A stretch of 64,000 nt of DNA from Pseudomonadota bacterium (GTDB taxonomy: Bacteria; Pseudomonadota; Gammaproteobacteria; Pseudomonadales; UBA7434), in the NCBI GenBank assembly GCA_036344075.1, contig JAYYUJ010000024.1, forward strand, positions 99,614 through 163,613. The letters are read 5' to 3'. Every line of letters starts with the position of its first letter. The first letter of the stretch is position 1. Below are positions 20,538 to 30,600 of this stretch, piece after piece. A model generated the notes under the pieces. The model was not told the origin of the DNA. It saw only the letters and a list, made by a program, of their open reading frames with translations, and searched no databases. The position numbers and the translations under genes are program-made.

Positions 20538-21602
20538 ATGAGCACTGAAGTAGAGCATTATCTTAGTTTGAATGAGGTCAGTATTGCTTATGATAGCAAG
20601 CAAGTGCTAAGCGGCATCAGTTTTTCCTTACAGCGAGGGGAGATTGGTTGCTTATTAGGGCCCAGTGGTTGTGGCAAGACTAGCCTGCTGCGTGCGATAG
20701 GTGGTTTTGAGCCTCTGAGCGGAGGCCGTATCACGCTTAACAATGAGGTTATTAGCCAGATGCAATACACATTAGCGCCAGAGCAGCGTCAAATTGGCAT
20801 GGTGTTTCAAGATTATGCCCTGTTTCCCCATTTAACCGTCATTGAAAACGTGAAATTTGGTCTGCATGGCTTGTCTCAGTCGGAGTCTGACACGCGATCA
20901 TTATACTTGCTCGAACAGATTGGCCTAATGGATAAAAAGGCAGTGATGCCGCATGAATTATCAGGCGGCGAGCAGCAACGCGTGGCATTGGCGAGGGCTT
21001 TGGCGCCACAACCAAAATTATTATTATTGGATGAACCATTTTCAAATTTAGATGTTGAGTTAAGAGAGTCTTTGGGTGAGCAGGTGAGAGCTCTTCTTAA
21101 GCAGACACAGACCACTGCGATCATGGTGACGCATGATCAACATGAAGCATTTGCCATGGCTGATTCGATTGGTGTGCTTAATGATGGCGCTTTATTGCAG
21201 TGGGACAGTGCCTACGCGATTTATCATCAGCCAATTAATGCCTTTGTCGCTGATTTTGTTGGTCAAGGCGTGATGCTAAACGGTGAAATGGTATCGACGA
21301 CGGAAGTTCAAACTACCTTGGGTTGCTTTGAGCGAAAATCGATAGCGGCTACTATTGATAATATTCAGCCCGGTGACCGAGTAAAAGTCTTGATTAGGCC
21401 TGATGATATTATTCATCAAGACAGTAGCGAGTTAACAGCAAAAGTCGTTGCGCGACATTTTCGCGGCGCAGAATTTTTATATCATTTAGAGCTTGATAAT
21501 CATGAGCGGGTATTAGCCTTAGTGCCGAGCCACCACGATCATGCTATCAACGAGAAGATAGGCATTCGGCTTGAAATAGACCACGTTGTAGTTTTCAAAT
21601 AA
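20538..21602 (+). CDS. Fe3+ ABC transporter ATP-binding protein (FbpC-like)
   Basis: GPSGCGKTS (Walker A), LSGGEQQRVALARAL, LLLDEPFSNLD, and a TOBE-like C-terminus. I prefer the ATG at 20538 over the GTG at 20505. Confidence 0.85.
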   Translation: MSTEVEHYLSLNEVSIAYDSKQVLSGISFSLQRGEIGCLLGPSGCGKTSLLRAIGGFEPLSGGRITLNNEVISQMQYTLAPEQRQIGMVFQDYALFPHLTVIENVKFGLHGLSQSESDTRSLYLLEQIGLMDKKAVMPHELSGGEQQRVALARALAPQPKLLLLDEPFSNLDVELRESLGEQVRALLKQTQTTAIMVTHDQHEAFAMADSIGVLNDGALLQWDSAYAIYHQPINAFVADFVGQGVMLNGEMVSTTEVQTTLGCFERKSIAATIDNIQPGDRVKVLIRPDDIIHQDSSELTAKVVARHFRGAEFLYHLELDNHERVLALVPSHHDHAINEKIGIRLEIDHVVVFK

Positions 21603-21608
21603 CACACC

Positions 21609-22109
21609 TTATTTACCTTTTAAAATTTTCATCTCACCAGTGGTATGAAAACCGGTTTGTGTGATATCACTGATCAGCCAATGGTGAGGGCCAGCAGTTT
21701 TATTGCGAACTAATTGGCAGCAATACTCGCCCCAAAAATCAAACAATAAATGACTTTCTTGCTCAACACCCGCATGCATGACGCGGCCGTAAAAGCGGCA
21801 GCTCGCATGATCATTATCGGCTTCCGTCCCAATCGAAATTCTAAGATTGCTGAATAAGTGCTGACTAGGCCCACAGCCGTCGAGATTGCTTCGAATCATG
21901 GCAATAAGATCATCGCAGCCTGATCCTTTGACGTAGCCGCCATAACTGTATTGAACATTCGGTTTAAAAATTGGTACCAGCAATTCCCACTGTCGATAGT
22001 CTAGCGCTGTAGCGTATTGAAAAACCATTTCACTGATATGCTCTTTATCTCGCATATGGCCGATAAATAACTCGTTATGTGACGTTTCCATGCTCGCCTC
22101 TTTGATCAA
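21609..22109 (-). CDS. NTF2-like / SnoaL_4-type protein, function unknown
   Basis: ISEMVFQYATALDYRQWELLVPIF resembles the N-terminal helix pattern of SnoaL_4 / NTF2-fold proteins. Confidence 0.5.
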   Translation of the reverse strand: MIKEASMETSHNELFIGHMRDKEHISEMVFQYATALDYRQWELLVPIFKPNVQYSYGGYVKGSGCDDLIAMIRSNLDGCGPSQHLFSNLRISIGTEADNDHASCRFYGRVMHAGVEQESHLLFDFWGEYCCQLVRNKTAGPHHWLISDITQTGFHTTGEMKILKGK

Positions 22110-22212
22110 TTATTAAGGAAATTACAGGTCTATTTTAAACGCTATCGACTGAGTTTATTATTGACAGCCTTTAATGTCTTAACCGTGTATCAACCTTATT
22201 TGGGAGTTACTG

Positions 22213-23031
22213 ATGGAAATTGCGCCGCTAATCACTGCCAATCAGGAAACTTATCGAGAGGCATACGGTGAATGGGCCTTGGTGACGGGTGCGGCAGAAG
22301 GAATTGGGGCGGAGTTTGCCACACAGTTAGCGGCCCAAGGCCTCAATATTGTCTTGGCTGATATACAGCTTGAAAAAGCCCAGCAACACGCCTTGGATCT
22401 TGCTCAGCAATACGGTGTAAAAACTGTAGCGGTTGAATGTGATTTATCGCAACCCAGCTTCATCGATCAACTGTTAGAGCAAACCGCAGATTTAGCGATT
22501 GGCTTTTTAATCTGCTGTGCCGGTATTGGTGCCACCGGCGCGTTCAGTGATACACCATTAGAAGCGATGCATAAAGCCATACAAGTTAACTGCATGGCGA
22601 CGGTGACACTCTGCCATCACTTTAGTCCCGCGATGCTTGAACGTCATCGCGGTGCCATCATTATTGTGGCCTCTAATTCAGCCTATGCAGGTGCGCCTTA
22701 TATTGCTAATTATGCGGCAACAAAAGCGTATGATTTATCACTGGCAGAAGCACTATGGTATGAATTTAAGCCGTTAGGGATCGATGTTTTGGGTTTTTCG
22801 CCGCAGGGTACCAATACCCCAGGCATGCGAAGGGGAATGCCGTCTTTGTCAGAGGGTGAGGCTCCTGAGGGAATCATGTTGGCGGATGAAGCCGTTCGGT
22901 TTGCGCTAGGCCAACTGGGAAAAATCGCCAGTATCCGGCCAGATCTCCCAGAAGAATACAGTCTTGCTAGGCAAGAGGTCACCTCGACAGCCGGTGATTT
23001 CACCCGCACCTTAGCCGTTCATAAGGGTTAA
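22213..23031 (+). CDS. Short-chain dehydrogenase/reductase (SDR)
   Basis: ALVTGAAEGIGAEFA (TGxxxGxG), ASNSAY...YAATKAY (YxxxK). Confidence 0.8.
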   Translation: MEIAPLITANQETYREAYGEWALVTGAAEGIGAEFATQLAAQGLNIVLADIQLEKAQQHALDLAQQYGVKTVAVECDLSQPSFIDQLLEQTADLAIGFLICCAGIGATGAFSDTPLEAMHKAIQVNCMATVTLCHHFSPAMLERHRGAIIIVASNSAYAGAPYIANYAATKAYDLSLAEALWYEFKPLGIDVLGFSPQGTNTPGMRRGMPSLSEGEAPEGIMLADEAVRFALGQLGKIASIRPDLPEEYSLARQEVTSTAGDFTRTLAVHKG

Positions 23032-23041
23032 GGCGTGATGA

Positions 23042-23578
23042 TTAAACGACTTCCGCATCGACACAGGCAGCGGGGTTAATATAGGCTTGGTAACAAAAAG
23101 CAATCGTTGCGATCAACCCCCAGCTTAAACCAATTACCACACCTATATCGAGAATACCTCGCCATGGTTGGGGGATAAGCTGAAAAAATAAAATAAACAA
23201 AACGATCATGACGGTTAGTAAAACTGAGGTGATAATTCTTTTTCTTGGTGCGGCAAAGAATCCCATACAAAATAATGGCGCCAGTAAGGTGGTTAACATA
23301 TTGGCTTGATGATGCAGGTAAACCAGCCTTGCTGCCACTCGAGGGGAGTAGCCTTTTTGAAACCCCTTGTAGCCTTCTGAATAGGCCATAAATACACTAT
23401 TTACAATTAAGGCAAGCCAATGCAAGGCAGAAAAAGAATAATTAAATGAATCGATAGCAATCGCCGTCAGTTTTATGAGCGCAATGACCAATATGGCAAT
23501 AAAACCAGTGAAGCCCCAAAAACTGGCCAGCCAGCCCAATCGGTTGGTGGTGTGAATATGATCGAGGGATAATGCCAT
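23042..23578 (-). CDS. Hypothetical integral membrane protein (about 5 TM helices)
   Basis: Hydrophobic segments throughout and no motif I recognise. The longest ORF starts at the GTG at 23656, but the ATG at 23578 (MALSLDHIHT) is more plausible. Neither start has a clear SD. Confidence 0.45.
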   Translation of the reverse strand: MALSLDHIHTTNRLGWLASFWGFTGFIAILVIALIKLTAIAIDSFNYSFSALHWLALIVNSVFMAYSEGYKGFQKGYSPRVAARLVYLHHQANMLTTLLAPLFCMGFFAAPRKRIITSVLLTVMIVLFILFFQLIPQPWRGILDIGVVIGLSWGLIATIAFCYQAYINPAACVDAEVV

Positions 23579-23818
23579 AGTGAAATTTTCTTGCCTGTAC
23601 TGTCGAAAGAAGAGTGAACGTAGTATTTTACTGATGACGACTCGGGTCTGGATCACTGCTAAGGTTAATTATGCCATTGAAGTTCGGTCTATCAATCGAA
23701 TGGTTACGGTATTAATTAATGCTATGCGGACAATTATTGATAACTGGCCCAACATAGAAGAATGACTCGCTGTTGTCTTGTTGGATGATTTTCAGGCGGC
23801 TACTTCCAGGTAGGTATA

Positions 23819-24244
23819 TCAGTCAATCAGTATCAGCAACCAAGTCATAGTAGCTAAGATAATGGCGACAAAAACCGCGGCTGAACCGATGTCTTTTGCT
23901 TGCTTGGATAGGTCATGATACTTCATGCCTACGCGGTCGACAGTCGCCTCGATGGCAGAATTCAATAATTCAGCGATGAGAACTAAGGCAATAGTGAATG
24001 ATAATAATAAACCTTCAATGAGCGTATCCGCTATCCACCAAGCTGCGGGCAATGCAAATAGCATTAAAAACGATTGGACTCGAAAGGCTTCTTCCTTTTT
24101 AAAGGCAAAGCGCAGGCCAGATATGGAATTTTTTGTCGCTCGTATTAAACGTCTTTTAAGTAGGCCTAAGAGCGTTGTATCCCTGGTAGTGTGAGTAGCA
24201 GGTTGATCTGTGGCAGGTATATTTTTTGGCGCATCATTAGGCAT
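23819..24244 (-). CDS. dgkA: Diacylglycerol kinase (prokaryotic DgkA family)
   Basis: EEAFRVQ, IAELLNSAIEATVDR, and three TM helices; about 120-aa core with an N-terminal extension. Confidence 0.85.
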   Translation of the reverse strand: MPNDAPKNIPATDQPATHTTRDTTLLGLLKRRLIRATKNSISGLRFAFKKEEAFRVQSFLMLFALPAAWWIADTLIEGLLLSFTIALVLIAELLNSAIEATVDRVGMKYHDLSKQAKDIGSAAVFVAIILATMTWLLILID

Positions 24245-24338
24245 AAGATCACCGTTTATTGTATTGAAGAATGTAAGTATCCACTATTTGATTGAGTAAT
24301 TCTTAGCAGTGGCGCCAACCCAATAATAGGCGCATCGT

Positions 24339-25877
24339 TTAATGCACACCATGCATGGCTTTGCGTAATGTCGGCGTCAGTAATAATAAGCCCACACCGA
24401 TGCCCATACTCATTAAACCAATCGTGTGATAGACCGAGATGGTCGCGACAACATCGATGCTATTTGCGGCGCCGGCTGTTGAGCTGCCGGTTAATGCGCT
24501 AATCCAGCCCGCCACATAATTCCCCATCGCTGAAAATAAAAACCAAGTGCCCATCAGCATGCCCACAATGCGCGTGGTACTCAATTTAGTCACCATAGAA
24601 AGCCCGACGGGACTCAGGCACAGTTCGGCTAATGTCAGCATTAAGTAGATAAAGATCAGCCAAAAAAAGTGCCTGCCAGGCTGATCGCCAAGGCTTAAAC
24701 CCCAAGCAAAGATCACATAACCTAGGCCGATTAATAACATGGCAATAGCAAATTTAGCCGGTGTCGATGGTTCCATTTTATGTTGTGCTAACTTAACCCA
24801 TAGCCAAGCCATCGCAGGGGCTAATAACACAATAAAGAGAGGGTTGAGTAACTGAACTTGTGAGGCCAAGACATTTACGCCCAATACTGAACGATCAAAT
24901 TGTTGATCGGCTAGCAAGGTTAAGCTAGCTGCCTGCTGTTCGAACAAGGCCCAGAAAATGGCCTGTGTAGCTATTAAGAAACAGGCGACAAACAAGCGGT
25001 CACGTTCCTGTGGGCTGCACTGGGTCATGCTGTAATAAAGAATAATGCCGATCATTAACAATCCTGATATTCCCAGTACTTGGCCGACCAAACTTTGGTA
25101 TTGAATCAATACCCAACTGATGCCGACTAATGCAATGCCAGCTAAATAAATGGCGTACTCTTTATTGATGCCAGCAAAGGCGATCTCTTTGAGTCGTGCA
25201 GGGTTTTGAGGCTCGGCTCTCCCATCCAATAATTGTTGGCCGGCTAAAAATACTAATAGACCAAACAGCATGCCAATGCCTGCCAGACCAAATCCGAAAT
25301 GCCAGCCATGCACTTCGCCGATATAACCGACTAATGCCGTTGCCACTAAAGAACCGAGATTGATGCCCATATAAAAAATAGAAAAGCCGCCATCGCGGCG
25401 CGGGTCGTTAGGCCCGTAAAGTGCGCCGACAATAGTTGAAATATTGGCTTTTAAAAAGCCTACACCGGTAATGATTAACGCCAAGGCGAGGAAGAATAAA
25501 TCGATGAAGGGTTCATCGCGAACCACTACGCCGTTATCAACGAATGCGGCCGAACCGTGAAAGCCCATCAGCGCATGCCCACAGACCAAGAGAATTGCAC
25601 CGTAGGTTACCGCTTTTCTAGCCCCAAGGTAGCGATCAGCTAAGAAACCGCCAATGATGGGCATCATATAGACAAGGCCGGCGTAGGCGCCGTAAATAAA
25701 ACTGGCTTCTTGGGTGCTGTATAAATGGTATTTAACCAAATACAACACCAAAATAGTCCGCATACCGTAATAGGAAAAACGCTCCCACATCTCGGTTAAA
25801 AAGCAGATCGTCAGCCCAATAGGGTGGCCTAAAAATGTCCGCTGCTGTGAGCCGGAGTAAAGGTCGACTGAAGCCAT
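24339..25877 (-). CDS. Proton-dependent oligopeptide transporter (POT/PTR2 family, DtpT-like)
   Basis: FLTEMWERFSYYGMRTILVLYL (ExxERFxYY signature), GGFLADRYLG, about 14 TM helices. Confidence 0.85.
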   Translation of the reverse strand: MASVDLYSGSQQRTFLGHPIGLTICFLTEMWERFSYYGMRTILVLYLVKYHLYSTQEASFIYGAYAGLVYMMPIIGGFLADRYLGARKAVTYGAILLVCGHALMGFHGSAAFVDNGVVVRDEPFIDLFFLALALIITGVGFLKANISTIVGALYGPNDPRRDGGFSIFYMGINLGSLVATALVGYIGEVHGWHFGFGLAGIGMLFGLLVFLAGQQLLDGRAEPQNPARLKEIAFAGINKEYAIYLAGIALVGISWVLIQYQSLVGQVLGISGLLMIGIILYYSMTQCSPQERDRLFVACFLIATQAIFWALFEQQAASLTLLADQQFDRSVLGVNVLASQVQLLNPLFIVLLAPAMAWLWVKLAQHKMEPSTPAKFAIAMLLIGLGYVIFAWGLSLGDQPGRHFFWLIFIYLMLTLAELCLSPVGLSMVTKLSTTRIVGMLMGTWFLFSAMGNYVAGWISALTGSSTAGAANSIDVVATISVYHTIGLMSMGIGVGLLLLTPTLRKAMHGVH

Positions 25878-26140
25878 AAATACTGATTCCCTTGCTGTAG
25901 AGGTATTATTATTAAATAGTGAGCTTACTATAAGTGTAAATTTCTTGTGGATAAAAGACCATGGTTGACGGCAGTAAATGGTAAAATAGGCGAATAATAC
26001 GATTTATGGCACAAATGCTTCCCCCGTCAATTGGCGCTAACAGCGGCCTGACAAATGTGTATAATCGCTTTTTTTTCGGTTTAGCTCATCTAACCGTTGC
26101 GTTAACCGCCCAATTATCCCGGCTTATTCAGGAACTTCGC

Positions 26141-27727
26141 ATGTCAGATGCTAATTTTACCAAGGCGGTCGAACAGCGACGGACCTTTGCGATTATCTCT
26201 CACCCCGATGCGGGTAAAACCACGATCACTGAAAAGCTGTTACTTCTGGGTCAGTTAATCCAGGTGGCGGGCTCGGTGAAGGGCAAAAAAGCCGATCGTC
26301 ATGCAACGTCTGACTGGATGACCATGGAGCAAGAGCGGGGCATTTCGGTCACTTCTTCGGTGATGCAATTTCCTTATAAAGAGCGGGTCGTTAACCTGCT
26401 TGATACGCCGGGCCATGAAGATTTTTCGGAAGATACCTACCGCACATTAACGGCAGTTGATTCTGCTTTAATGGTGGTTGATGGGGCAAAGGGTGTCGAA
26501 GCGAGAACCATTAAATTGATGGAAGTGTGTCGCTTACGCGATACGCCAATCTTAAGCTTCGTCAATAAGATGGACCGCGATATTCGTGATCCTATTGATC
26601 TGTTAGATGAAATCGAAGAGGTGTTGGGTATTGCCGCGGCGCCGATCAATTGGCCGATCGGCATGGGTAAAGAATTTAAGGGCGTTTATAATTTATATAC
26701 CGATACGATACACGTATTTGAACAAGGCAGTAATTTTGTGATTGCCGAGGATGTGCAAATTGCGGGTTTGCAATCAGAGCAGGCTAAGGCGCTACTGGGT
26801 GTATATCATGAAGACTTTGTTGATGAGATAGAATTAGTCCGCGGTGCCAGCCATGAGTTTGATCATCAAGCGTACCTTGAGGGCGAATTAACACCGGTTT
26901 TCTTCGGTACTGCGCTAGCGAATTTTGGTGTGCGAGAAATGCTGGATGGCTTTGTTGAGTGGGCACCTTCTCCAATCGCACGGGCCACAGCAGATCGACA
27001 GGTTGACCCGTTAGAAGAAAAATTCAGCGGTTTCATTTTTAAGATACAGGCAAATATGGATCCTAAGCATCGAGATCGGGTCGCGTTTATGCGTATCTGT
27101 TCTGGGGCTTATACTAAGGGTTTAAAAATGCGGCATGTGCGTTTAGCCAAAGATGTAAAGATTGCCGATGCTGTGACCTTTAAAGCGGGTGAGCGCGAAG
27201 CGGTTGAAGAAGCTTTGTCGGGCGATATTATTGGTTTACATAATCACGGTACGATTCAAATTGGCGATACCTTTACCCAAGGTGAAAGTTTGAAATTTAC
27301 AGGTATACCGCACTTTGCACCTGAGCTCTTTAAACGAGTACGCTTAAAAGACCCGCTCAAAATGAAAGCTTTGCAAAAAGGCTTGCAGCAATTAGCCGAA
27401 GAAGGATCGACGCAGGTGTTCATGCCTATCTCAAATAATGATTTAATCGTTGGCGCTGTCGGTAATCTGCAATTTGAAGTAGTTGCTTATCGATTAAAGG
27501 ATGAGTACAAAGTGGAATGCATTTACGAACCAGTGAACGTGTACACGGCGCATTGGGTAGAATGTGACGATACGAAAATTCTGGAAGAGTTTAAGCGCAA
27601 GCAGGCTGACAATCTTGCGATCGATGGGGGTGGTCACTTAAGTTACCTTGCGCCTACGCGGGTCAACTTATCGCTGAGCCAAGAGCGTTGGCCGGATATT
27701 CAATTTCGCTCGACTCGCGAGCACTAA
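26141..27727 (+). CDS. prfC: Peptide chain release factor 3
   Basis: [31 protein letters not shown] GTPase motifs. I prefer the ATG at 26141 with an AGGA upstream; the 45-codon upstream extension in the ORF track has no RF3 counterpart. Confidence 0.93.
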   Translation: MSDANFTKAVEQRRTFAIISHPDAGKTTITEKLLLLGQLIQVAGSVKGKKADRHATSDWMTMEQERGISVTSSVMQFPYKERVVNLLDTPGHEDFSEDTYRTLTAVDSALMVVDGAKGVEARTIKLMEVCRLRDTPILSFVNKMDRDIRDPIDLLDEIEEVLGIAAAPINWPIGMGKEFKGVYNLYTDTIHVFEQGSNFVIAEDVQIAGLQSEQAKALLGVYHEDFVDEIELVRGASHEFDHQAYLEGELTPVFFGTALANFGVREMLDGFVEWAPSPIARATADRQVDPLEEKFSGFIFKIQANMDPKHRDRVAFMRICSGAYTKGLKMRHVRLAKDVKIADAVTFKAGEREAVEEALSGDIIGLHNHGTIQIGDTFTQGESLKFTGIPHFAPELFKRVRLKDPLKMKALQKGLQQLAEEGSTQVFMPISNNDLIVGAVGNLQFEVVAYRLKDEYKVECIYEPVNVYTAHWVECDDTKILEEFKRKQADNLAIDGGGHLSYLAPTRVNLSLSQERWPDIQFRSTREH

Positions 27728-28998
27728 TTAATTTCTAACAGCTTGTCGATGAATTGGCGCTGTTTTTGTTGCTCTTGATCGCCGAGTGAACGAACGTTAT
27801 AAATTGAAACGGGATTTTTTTTGCCACGGATTTTAATGGTTTTATGATTATCCACCGTCATATCATGTTGTTTTGCCAATGCATCATGACACTCTTCTTG
27901 GATAATGACTTGTTGAGCTTGCGCCTCATTGCAGAGGCGAGAGGCGAGGTTCACCGAATCACCCACCACGGTATATTCCAATCGATCTTTTGAGCCAAGC
28001 AATCCAGCCAGCATTTCACCGCTATTAATGCCAATGCGTAATTGTACGGCAAATAAACCTTTCTTTAGTCGTTCGATATTTAATTCCTCAGTGATTTTTT
28101 GCATCAGCAACGCGCAAGCCACCGCGTGGTAGGCGTGTTGTTGGTCCTTTTTTGCCGTACCAAAAACCAGCATCACGCAGTCGCCTAAGAATTTATCCAC
28201 CGTACCATGATAGTACTTGGCACAGGCCGTATAGTAGCCAAAATATTCATTCAGTAGCTCGCTGACCTCACCCGGTGAGAGCTTCTCAGACATTTGTGTA
28301 AAGCCAACAATGTCAGCGAATAGGGCCGTGGCTTGGATATTTTCGCCTTTAAAATTAACATCATCGAGTTCATCGATGACTTTATTAGCGATATTGGGAT
28401 CAAGCAGTTTAGCCAGTACGCGTTCAAGTTCGGTCTTGCGAGATAAGCCCCTGCCCATTCGATTTAAATTTTCAATCAATTGACCGAGCTCATCATCTCG
28501 ACGCTTCGGAATTACCGATAAATCACCTTTATTCATGTTGGCGGCGGCATTCGTTATGGTTTTCAGCGGTTCGGTAATACGCCTGCTCATAAAGAAAATA
28601 ACCGTGCTTAGGCTGATCGATAGCCCTAAAAACACAAGGTATAGATCGTTAGTTGAAAAATCTTGCTTGGTGGCAAAGACTGTGACTAACCCCAGACCAA
28701 GGACTAACGGAAAACTAAAATAGCAGGCAACTCGGTACTCAATCGGAATATTGTAGCGAATAGCCAGCAGCGAAGCTTTTTGGGAGGTTGATTTGACGTC
28801 GGCAGAGCCGGTGTGTTCACTGCGACGTTCATTCGTTCTGTGTTCGTCTAGTCGCTCTTTGCGACGTTCGAAACGACGCTCGCCTGACGGGTCGACAGAG
28901 CGGTGGGCCATCGGCTCGCGATCGGAGGCGCGTCGTTGATATTGCGGTTGTTGTTCCAAAGCAGAGTTCCACAGCCAGTGAGAGAGTAGATACCTCAA
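27724..28998 (-). CDS. Membrane-anchored class III adenylate cyclase with HAMP domain (class IIIb-like residue set)
   Basis: [12 protein letters not shown] and [12 protein letters not shown] carry the two metal Asp residues. The Lys in KFLGD plus the Thr in [13 protein letters not shown] give a K/T substrate pair with N and R for the transition state. Two TM helices are joined by about a 10-aa loop and followed by a HAMP-like region. The N-terminal 80 aa are Arg/Glu-rich. Confidence 0.8.
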   Translation of the reverse strand: MRYLLSHWLWNSALEQQPQYQRRASDREPMAHRSVDPSGERRFERRKERLDEHRTNERRSEHTGSADVKSTSQKASLLAIRYNIPIEYRVACYFSFPLVLGLGLVTVFATKQDFSTNDLYLVFLGLSISLSTVIFFMSRRITEPLKTITNAAANMNKGDLSVIPKRRDDELGQLIENLNRMGRGLSRKTELERVLAKLLDPNIANKVIDELDDVNFKGENIQATALFADIVGFTQMSEKLSPGEVSELLNEYFGYYTACAKYYHGTVDKFLGDCVMLVFGTAKKDQQHAYHAVACALLMQKITEELNIERLKKGLFAVQLRIGINSGEMLAGLLGSKDRLEYTVVGDSVNLASRLCNEAQAQQVIIQEECHDALAKQHDMTVDNHKTIKIRGKKNPVSIYNVRSLGDQEQQKQRQFIDKLLEIN

Positions 28999-29132
28999 GA
29001 ATGCTATTAGTCTAGTTGATATATCGTGCTTTGCTGGATTTTGTCGAACGCTAAAGTCGTGATTAGTAGCTATTTTCGCAACAGGATAGCTATTATTGTC
29101 TATTTATCTCAATGACTTATAGATTTTTGGGT

Positions 29133-30593
29133 CTAAGAGGAGCAACTCACGCTGATGCGCTTGCCCCAGTCTGGCGGTGGTTTAGCGTAGTCTTCATACT
29201 GCGTTTGTTCTGCAAATGGTTGACTCAATACAGTCGCTAAACGCTCCAGCTCAGTATAATCGCCTTGTTCTGCTTGACTAATCGCCTGCTGAGCCAAGTA
29301 ATTGCGCAAGATATATTTTGGGTTCACGGCATGCATGGCGCTTTGTCTTTCGGTATCCGTGCGGGATTCTTTTTTGAGTCGCTGTTGATAACGTGTCAGC
29401 CATTGATCAAAGCCGTCTCGGTTGATAAAGCTGTCCCTTAATGGATGTCGTCGATCATCGGTCGCGACGGTGCTGAGTTGCCTAAAGGTCTGACAAAAAT
29501 CAGCCTTTGAGTCTTGCATTAACTGTAGCAGTTCACTGACCAGGGTTTGGTCTTCATCGTGCGCCTCAAGCCAGCCAAGTTTGGCTCGCATCTGAGCAGA
29601 GTAGCTAGCAATTATATGGGACTGGTAGTGATCGAGTCCTGTTTTGATTTGTTCCTCGCTGATCAGTGATGACAGTGCTTGGCCCAGCGCATGCAGATTC
29701 CATAAGCCAATACTGGGTTGTGCATCGAAGGCATAGCGACCAGAGTGATCGGAGTGATTGCAAATAAAACCGGCATCATAGTCGTCTAAAAAGCCGAAGG
29801 GGCCAAAGTCAAAGGTGTCGCCTATAATCGACATATTATCGGTATTCATTACACCATGAGCAAAGCCGAAGGCCTGCCATTGCGCAATCATTAACGCGGT
29901 TCTTTCGACCACTTGTTCAAAAAAATTTGCATAGCGCTGGTCGGCAGCTTGGTTGGCCAGAGAAGGGTAATAGTGCTCAATACAGAAATCGGCTAATTGT
30001 CTCACCTGTGGGTATTGTTGAGTGTGGTGGAAATATTCAAAGCTACCAAAGCGGATATGGCTCTTAGCCACTCTCACCAGCATCGCAGCAGGTTCTTGTT
30101 GTTCACGCCAGACCGATAATTCACCTCTGGTCAGGCATAGCGAACGGGTCGACGCAATACCTAAGGCATGCAAGGCTTCGCCGGCAAGATACTCGCGGAT
30201 ACTGGAACGCAAAACGGCTCGCCCATCGCCCATCCGTGAGTAGGGTGTGGGGCCTGCACCCTTTAAATGAAGGTCATAACGACCGTCAGTCGTGGCTATT
30301 TCGCCCAGCAGTAAGCCGCGGCCATCGCCCAGTTGGCTAACATAATGGCCAAATTGATGGCCAGCATAGACCATGGCTAATGGCCGGCTGGAGGGTAATG
30401 CTTGTGCGCCACTAAAGGCGGCTAAAAAACGGTCGGCTTGCTGACCAAATAAATCCAACTGTAAATCTTGCGCTAAGCTGGCATTGCGAATCACCCAGTG
30501 CGGATTAGCTATCGCTGTGGCTTGGACAGCAGAAGAAAATTTATCGCCTAAGTTAGAGAAGTGGTCTTCTAGATTGGGAATCGGATGCGTCAT
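29133..30593 (-). CDS. selO: Protein adenylyltransferase SelO (YdiU/UPF0061)
   Basis: YAGHQFG, GDGRA, HGVMNTDNMSI, and the typical C-terminal ...SCSS end. Confidence 0.9.
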   Translation of the reverse strand: MTHPIPNLEDHFSNLGDKFSSAVQATAIANPHWVIRNASLAQDLQLDLFGQQADRFLAAFSGAQALPSSRPLAMVYAGHQFGHYVSQLGDGRGLLLGEIATTDGRYDLHLKGAGPTPYSRMGDGRAVLRSSIREYLAGEALHALGIASTRSLCLTRGELSVWREQQEPAAMLVRVAKSHIRFGSFEYFHHTQQYPQVRQLADFCIEHYYPSLANQAADQRYANFFEQVVERTALMIAQWQAFGFAHGVMNTDNMSIIGDTFDFGPFGFLDDYDAGFICNHSDHSGRYAFDAQPSIGLWNLHALGQALSSLISEEQIKTGLDHYQSHIIASYSAQMRAKLGWLEAHDEDQTLVSELLQLMQDSKADFCQTFRQLSTVATDDRRHPLRDSFINRDGFDQWLTRYQQRLKKESRTDTERQSAMHAVNPKYILRNYLAQQAISQAEQGDYTELERLATVLSQPFAEQTQYEDYAKPPPDWGKRISVSCSS

Positions 30594-30600
30594 TACCGGT

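Noticed and set aside
22710-23009. 99-aa minus-strand ORF inside the 22213-23031 SDR gene. Similar internal or antisense ORFs occur at 1580-1765, 2615-2806, 6019-6267, 8326-8600, 10432-10635, 13223-13651, 20104-21124, 23925-24194, 26437-26981, 30022-30243, 35452-35724, 39653-39889, 45589-46271, 47750-48946, 51077-51483, 52474-52662, 53435-54576, 57168-57458, 58443-58628 and 61951-63772.
   Set aside because: All are embedded in, or antisense to, CDSs with clear family motifs. None has a recognisable motif or a convincing SD sequence, so I treat them as frame-shadow artefacts.
26006-26140. N-terminal extensions in the ORF track: prfC 45 codons, bfr 11, ruvA 9, motY 16, lolB 12, fbpC 11, zinc-ribbon 9
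   Set aside because: Alignment with well-known orthologues and the SD positions support the internal start codons. The extensions have no homologous counterpart.
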